Source of the DNA: the human T2T-CHM13v2.0 reference genome, Homo sapiens
NCBI RefSeq assembly: GCF_009914755.1
Contig: NC_060925.1
Length of the DNA: 64,000 nt
Reading direction: 5' to 3' (one strand)
Shown here: piece after piece, positions 56,701 to 64,000 of the stretch
Position numbering within the stretch: the first letter of the stretch is position 1
How the letters are laid out: each line of letters starts with the position of its first letter
The notes under the pieces: model-generated
Seen by the model: only the letters and a program-made list of their open reading frames with translations
Told to the model about the DNA's origin: nothing
The model's database searches: none
Position numbers and translations under genes: made by a program

Positions 56701-58941
56701 GATTCCATTTGATAATGATTCCATTCGAGACCATTCGATGATTCCATTCAATTCCATTCCATAATGATTCCATTCGAGTCCATTCAATGATTCCATTCAA
56801 GTCCATTCGATGATTCCATCTGATTCCATTCAATGAATCCATTCGATTCCATTCTATGATGATTCCATTCATTTCCATCTGATGATGATTCCATTCGATT
56901 CCATTCAATGATTCCATTCGATTCCATTTGATGATGATTTCAATCAATTTCATTCGATGATTCCATTCGAATCCATTCGATGATTATTCCATCCATTTCA
57001 ATTTCATGATAATTCCATTCGTTTCAATTCGATGGAGTTTCCATTCGATTCCATTCGATGTTGATTCCATTAGTTTCCATTGCATGATGATTCCATTCGA
57101 GTCCATTCGATGATGATCACAATGGATTTCATTCCATAATTCTATTCGATTCCATTTGATGATGATTCCATCTGATTCCATTTGATGATTCCATTCGTTT
57201 CCATCCGATGGTGATTCCATTCGATTCCGTTCAATGATTATTCCATTCGAGTCCATTCTATGATTCCATTCGATTCCATTCGATGATGATTGCATTCGAG
57301 ACCATGGATTCTTCCGTTCCATTCCATTAGATGATTCCATTCGAGTCCATTCGATGATTCTCTTCGATTCCATTCGATAATTCCGTTTGATTCTGTTTGA
57401 TGTTGATTCCATTCGAGTCCATTCAATGATAATTCCATTCGATTCTATGCGATGATTCCATTCCTTTCCATTTGGAGGTGGTTCCTTCGAGACCATTCGT
57501 TGATTGCATTCAATTCATTCGACGACGATTCCATTGAATTCCGTTCAATGATTCCATTAGATTCCATTTGATGATGATTCCATTCGAATCCATTTGATGA
57601 TGATTCCATGTGATTCCATTAGATGATGACTCCTTTCATTTCCATTCAATGAGGATTCCAATCGGTTCCATTTGATGATGATTCCTTTGAATTCCATTTG
57701 ATGACAATTCCATTCAATACCAATTGATGATGTTTATTTTTGATTCCATTTGATGATGATTACATACGATTCCATTTGATCATGATTCCATTCGATTCCA
57801 CTCGATGATTCCATTCGATTCCATTCAATGATTATTCCATTTGAGTCGATTCGATGACTCCATTCGATTGTATTCGATGGTGATTGAATTCGAGTCCATG
57901 GATTAATCCATTGCATTCCATTCAATGATTCCATTAGAGTCCATTCGATGATTCTATTCGATTGCATTCGATAATTCCATTCGATTGCATTCGATAAATC
58001 CATTTGATTCCATTTGAGGATAATTCCATTTGAGTCCATTCGATGATTGTTCCATTCGATTCTATTCGGTGATTCCATTCGACTTCATTTGATAATGATT
58101 CCATTCGAGACCATTCGATGATTCTATTCAATTCCATTCAATAATGATTCCATTCGAGTCCATTCAACGATTCCATTCAAGTCCATTCGTTGATTCCTTC
58201 TGATTCCATTCAATGAATCCATGCGATTCCATTCTATGATGATTCCATTCATTTCCATCTGATGATGATTCCATTCGATTCCATTCAATGATTCCTTTCG
58301 ATTCCATTTGATGATGATTTCAATCAATTTCATTCGATGATTCCATTCGAATCCATTCGATGATGAGTCCATCCATTTCAATTTCATGATAATTCCATTC
58401 GTTTCAATTCGATGGTGTTTCCATTCGATTCCATTCGATGTTGATTCCATTAGTTTCCATTGGATGATGATTCTATTCGAGTCCATTCAATGATGATCAC
58501 ATTGGATTTCATTCCATAATTCTATTCGATTCCATTTGATGATGATTCCATCTGATTCCATTTGATGATCCCATTCGATTCCATTCGATGATGATTCCAT
58601 TCGTTTCCATCCGATGATGATTCCATTCGATTCCGTTCAATGATTATTCCATTCGAGTCCATTCGATGATTCCATTCGATTCCATTCGATGATGATTGCA
58701 TTCGAGTCCATGAATTCTTCCATTCCATTCCATTAGATGATTCCATTCGAGTCCGTTCGAAGATTCTCTTCGATTCCATTCGATAATTCCGTTTGATTCC
58801 GTTTGATGTTGATTCCATTCGAGTCCAGTCGATGATAATTCCATTCGATTCTATGCGATGATTCCATTCCATTCCATTTGGAGATGGTTCCATTCGAGAC
58901 CATTCGTTGATTACATTCAATTCATTCGATGACGATTCCAT
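50762..58941 (+). repeat. Alternating B-A dimers (~2.73 kb) with a nested 5452-bp period
   Basis: Unit lengths 1321, 1407, 1318, 1407, 1320, 1407. The 1-bp deletion GGTTCCTTCGAGACC recurs at ~52028 and ~57480. Confidence 0.83.
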
Positions 58942-60288
58942 TCAATTCCGTTCAATGTTTCCATTAGATTCCATTTGATGATGATTCCATTCAATTCCAT
59001 TTGATGATGATTCCATGCGATTCCATTAGATGATGACTCCTTTCATTTCCATTCAATGAGGATTCCATTCGGTTCCATTTGATGATGATTCCTTTGAATT
59101 CCGTTTGATGACAATTCCATTCAATACCAATTGATGATGGTTATTTTGATTCCATTTGATGATGATTACTTTCGATTCCATTTGATCATGATTCCATTCG
59201 ATTCCACTCGATGATTCCATTCAATGATGATTCCATTCGAGTTCATTGACTATTCCATTCCATTTCAATCGATGATTCCTTTCAAGTCCATTCGATGATT
59301 CTATTCGATTGCATTCGATTATTCCATTCGATTGCATTCGATAATTCCATTCGATTCCATTTGAGGATAATTCCGTTTGAGTCCATTCGATGATTGTTCC
59401 ATTCGATTCTATTCGGTGATTCCATTCGATTCCATTTGATAATGATTCCATTCGAGACCATTCGATGATTCTATTCAATTCCATTCAATAATGATTCCAT
59501 TCGAGTCCATTCAACGATTCCATTCAAGTCCATTCGATGATTCCATCTGATTCCATTAAATGAATCCATGCGATTCCATTCTATGATGATTCCATTCATT
59601 TCCATCTGATGATGATTCCATTCGATTCCATTCAGTGATTCCTTTCGATTCCATTTGATGATGATTTCAATCAATTTCATTCGATGATTCCATTCGAATC
59701 CATTCGATGATGAGTCCATCCATTTCAATTTCATGATAATTCCATTCGTTTCAATTCGATGGTGTTTCCATTCGATTCCATTCGATGTTGATTCCATTAG
59801 TTTCCATTGGATGATGATTCCATTCGAGTCCATTCAATGATGATCACATTGGATTTCATTCCATAATTCTATTCGATTCCATTTGATGATGATTCCATCT
59901 GATTCCATTTGATGATCCCATTCGATTCCATTCGATGATGATTCCATTCGTTTCCATCCGATGATGATTCCATTCGATTCCGTTCAATGATTATTCCATT
60001 CGAGTCCATTCGATGATTCCATTCGATTCCATTCGATGATGATTGCATTCGAGTCCATGAATTCTTCCATTCCATTCCATTAGATGATTCCATTCGAGTC
60101 CGTTCGATGATTCTCTTCGATTACATTCGATAATTCCGTTTGATTCCGTTTGATGTTGATTCCATTCGAGTCCAGTCGATGATAATTCCATTCGATTCTA
60201 TGCGATGATTCCATTCCATTCCATTTGGAGATGGTTCCATTCGAGACCATTCGTTGATTACATTCAATTCATTCGATGACGATTCCAT
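58942..60288 (+). repeat. Chimeric 1347-bp unit (B head, A tail)
   Basis: B block at ~59239-59290, then A markers CTATTCAATT (~59471), CAACGA, CACATTGG and GATCCC. Length equals 1321+26. Confidence 0.88.
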
Positions 60289-63200
60289 TCAATTCCGTTC
60301 AATGATTCCATTAGATTCCATTTGATGATGATTCCATTCAATTCCATTTGATGATGATTCCATGCGATTCCATTAGATGATGACTCCTTTCATTTCCATT
60401 CAATGAGGATTCCATTCGGTTCCATTTGATGATGATTCCTTTGAATTCCGTTTGATGACAATTCCATTCAATACCAATTGATGATGGTTATTTTGATTCC
60501 ATTTGATGATGATTACTTTCGATTCCATTTGATCATGATTCCATTCGATTCCACTCGATGATTCCATTCAATGATGATTCCATTCGAGTTCATTGACTAT
60601 TCCATTCCATTTCAATCGATGATTCCTTTCAAGTCCATTCGATGATTCTATTCGATTGCATTCGATTATTCCATTCGATTGCATTCGATAATTCCATTCG
60701 ATTCCATTTGAGGATAATTCCATTTGAGTCCATTCGATGATTGTTCCATTCGATTCTATTCGGTGATTCCATTCGATTCCATTTGATAATGATTCCACTC
60801 GAGACCATTCGATGATTCCATTAAATTCCATTCAATAATGATTCCATTCGAGTCCATTCAATGATTCCATTCGAGTCCATTCGATGATTCCATCTGATTC
60901 CATTCAATGAATCCATTCGATTCCATTCTATGATGATTCCATTCATTTCCATCTGATGATGATTCCATTCGATTCCATTCAATGATTCCATTCGATTCCA
61001 TTTGATGATGATTTCAATCAATTTCGTTCGATGATTCCATTCGAATCCATTCGATGATGAGTCCATCCATTTCTATTTCATGATAATTCCATTCGTTTCA
61101 ATTCGATGGTGTTTCCATTCGATTCCATTCGATGTTGATTCCATTAGTTTCCATTGGATGATGATTCCATTCGAGTCCATTCGATGATGATCACAATGGA
61201 TTTCATTCCATAATTCTATTCGATTCCATTTGATGATGATTCCATCTGATTCCATTTGATGATTCCATTCGTTTCCATCCGATGATGATTCCATTCGATT
61301 CCGTTCAATGATTATTCCATTCGAGTCCATTCTATGATTCCATTCGATTCCATTCGATGATGATTGCATTCGAGACCATGGATTCTTCCATTCCATTCCA
61401 TTAGATGATTCCATTCGAGTCCATTCGATGATTCTCTTCGATTCCATTCGATAATTCCGTTTGATTCCGTTTGATGATGATTCCATTCGAGTCCATTCAA
61501 TGATAATTCCATTCGATTCTATGCGATGATTCCATTCCTTTCCCTTTGGAGGTGGTTCCATTCGAGACCATTCGTTGATTGCATTCAATTCATTCGATGA
61601 CGATTCCATTGAATTCCGTTCAATGATTCCATTAGATTCCATTTGATGATGATTCCATTCGATTCCATTTGATGATGATTCCATGCGATTCCATTAGATG
61701 ACGACTCCTTTCATTTCCATTCAATGAGGATTCCATTCGGTTCCATTTGATGATGATTCCTTTGAATTCCATTTGATGACAATTCCATTCAATACCAATT
61801 GATGATGTTTATTTTTGATTCCATTTGATGATGATTATATTCGATTCCATTTGATCATGATTCCATTCGATTCCACTCGATGATTCCATTCGATTCCATT
61901 CAATGATTATTCCATTTGAGTCGATTCGATGACTCCATTCGATTGTATTCGATGGTGATTGAATTCGAGTCCATGGATTAATCCATTGCATTCCATTCGA
62001 TGATTCCATTCGAGTCCATTCGATGATTCTATTCGATTGCATTCGATAATTCCATTCGATTGCATTCGATAAATCCATTTGATTCCATTTGAGGATAATT
62101 CCATTTGAGTCCATTCGATGATTGTTCCATTCGATTCTATTCGGTGATTCCATTCGACTTCATTTGATAATGATTCCATTCGAGACCATTCGATGATTCT
62201 ATTCAATTCCATTCAATAATGATTCCATTCGAGTCCATTCAACGATTCCATTCAAGTCCATTCGATGATTCCATCTGATTCCATTCAATGAATCCATGCG
62301 ATTCCATTCTATGATGATTCCATTCATTTCCATCTGATGATGATTCCATTCGATTCCATTCAATGATTCCTTTCGATTCCATTTGATGATGATTTCAATC
62401 AATTTCATTCGATGATTCCATTCGAATCCATTCGATGATGAGTCCATCCATTTCAATTTCATGATAATTCCATTCGTTTCAATTCGATGGAGTTTCCATT
62501 CGATTCCATTCGATGTTGATTCCATTAGTTTCCATTGCATGATGATTCCATTTGAGTCCATTTGATGATGATCACAATGGATTTCATTCCATAATTCTAT
62601 TCGATTCCATTTGATGATGATTCCATCTGATTCCATTTGATGATCCCATTCGATTCCATTCGATGATGATTCCATTCATTTCCATCCGATGATGATTCCA
62701 TTCGATTCCGTTCAATGATTATTCCATTCGAGTCCATTCGATGATTCCATTCGATTCCATTCGATGATGATTGCATTCGAGTCCATGGATTCTTCCATTC
62801 CATTCCATTAGATGATTCCATTCGAGTCCGTTCGATGATTCTCTTCGATTCCATTCGATAATTCCGTTTGATTCCGTTTGATGTTGATTCCATTCGAGTC
62901 CATTCGATGATAATTCCATTCGATTCCATGCGATGATTCCATTCCATTCCATTTGGAGATGGTTCCATTCGAGACCATTCGTTGATTGCATTCAATTCAT
63001 TCGATGACGATTCCATTCAATTCCGTTCAATGATTCCGTTATATTCCATTTGGCGATGATTCCATTCGATTCCATTTGATGATGATTCCATGCGATTCCA
63101 TTAGATGATGACTCCTTTCATTTCCATTCAATGAGGATTCCATTCGGTTCCATTTGATGATGATTCCTTTGAATTCCATTTGATGACAATTCCATTCAAT

Positions 63201-64000
63201 ACCAATTGATGATGTTTATTTTTGATTCCATTTGATGATGATTACATTCGATTCCATTTGATCATGATTCCATTCGATTCCACTCGATGATTCCATTCAA
63301 TGATGATTCCTTTCGAGTTCATTGACTATTCCATTCCATTTCAATCGATGATTCCTTTCAAGTCCATTCGATGATTCTATTCGATTGCATTCGATTATTC
63401 CATTCGATTGCATTCGATAATTCCATTCGATTCCATTTGAGGATAATTCCATTTGAGTCCATTCGATGAGTGTTCCATTCGATTCTATTTGGGGATTCCA
63501 TTCGATTCCATTTGATAATGATTCCATTCGAGACCATTCGATGATTCCATTCAATTCCATTCAATAATGATTCCATTCGAGTCCATTCAATGATTCCATT
63601 CAAGTCCATTCGATGATTCCATCTGATTCCATTCAATGAATCCATTCGATTCCATTCTATGATGATTCCATTCATTTCCATCTCATGATGATTCCATTCG
63701 ATTCCATTCAATGATTCCATTCGATTCCATTTGATGATGATTTCAATCAATTTCATTCGATGATTCCATTCGAATCCATTCGATGATGAGTCCATCCATT
63801 TCAATTTCATGATAATTCCATTCGTTTCAATTCGATGGAGTTTCCATTCGATTCCATTCGATGTTGATTCCATTAGTTTCCATTGCATGATGATTCCATT
63901 CGAGTCCATTCGATGATGATCACAATGGATTTCTTTCCATAATTCTATTGGATTCCATTTGATGATGATTCCATCTGATTCCATTTGATGATCCCATTCG

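Larger units (their letters stand above)
1..64000 (+). repeat. Human Satellite II (HSat2/HSATII)-type pericentromeric satellite array with ~1.32/1.41-kb repeat units
   Basis: Seen: continuous CATTCGATTC / GATGATGATTCCATTC / GAGTCCATTC motifs and very dense TCGA sites, with CATTC on the + strand throughout. Established: CATTCGATTC with GATGAT spacers and high CpG content defines HSat2, whereas HSat3 is dominated by pure (CATTC)n. Chromosome and subfamily cannot be fixed without alignment. Confidence 0.98.

Noticed and set aside
307-63984. Numerous minus-strand ORFs (MESSSNGIEWNH-type) as protein-coding genes
   Set aside because: They are low-complexity translations of GAATG/GAATC repeats that overlap in several frames. 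Stops and frameshifts vary freely between units, and no recognisable domain is present.
1-64000. CRISPR-like array of 23-26-bp repeats
   Set aside because: The repeats abut each other without unique spacers, the intervening sequence is the same satellite, and there are no cas genes.
1-64000. HSat3, alpha satellite or telomeric repeat
   Set aside because: Pure (CATTC)n runs are only 2-3 copies long, there is no 171-bp period or CENP-B box seen, and there are no TTAGGG tracts.
1-64000. Inversions or Alu/L1/ERV insertions
   Set aside because: CATTC polarity never flips. I saw no poly-A, GC-rich or non-satellite stretch, and all landmark spacings are explained by satellite indels.
1-64000. Assignment to a specific chromosome or HSat2 subfamily (e.g. 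1q12)
   Set aside because: Plausible for a large HSat2 block, but it cannot be supported without alignment to a reference.

Overview
The whole 64 kb is one uninterrupted, single-orientation block of primate, human-type Satellite II (HSat2/HSATII) pericentromeric DNA. It is made of degenerate CATTC/CATTCGATTC repeats with GATGAT spacers, grouped into 23- and 26-bp subunits. I see no credible genes, RNA genes, CRISPR arrays or transposon insertions. The ORF track (all but one ORF on the minus strand, MESSSNGIEWNH-like peptides) is a translation artefact of the satellite. Using a once-per-unit landmark (the CAT in ...GATGACGATTCCAT at 738, 2122, 3443, 4850 ... 63016), the array resolves into 46 complete landmark intervals of two main variants: long A (1406-1407 bp) and short B (1320-1322 bp). 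Their order from 739 is a B A A B B A B B A B B+ A A A A B A A B A A A b b A b a B a B A p A A A a B A B A B A C B A, where lower case = 23/26-bp deletion variant, B+ = B with a 244-bp internal duplication, p = 514-bp remnant and C = 1347-bp chimera. Shared private SNPs reveal short-lived higher-order periods (4049, 2812, 3997, 5452 and 1347 bp) and long-range copy events (about 20.8, 26.3, 27.6 and 52.7 kb offsets). I find no new coding system. The real structure here is the recombination history of the satellite and a variant-specific palindromic motif. All counts and offsets were made by eye from the sequence and ORF coordinates.
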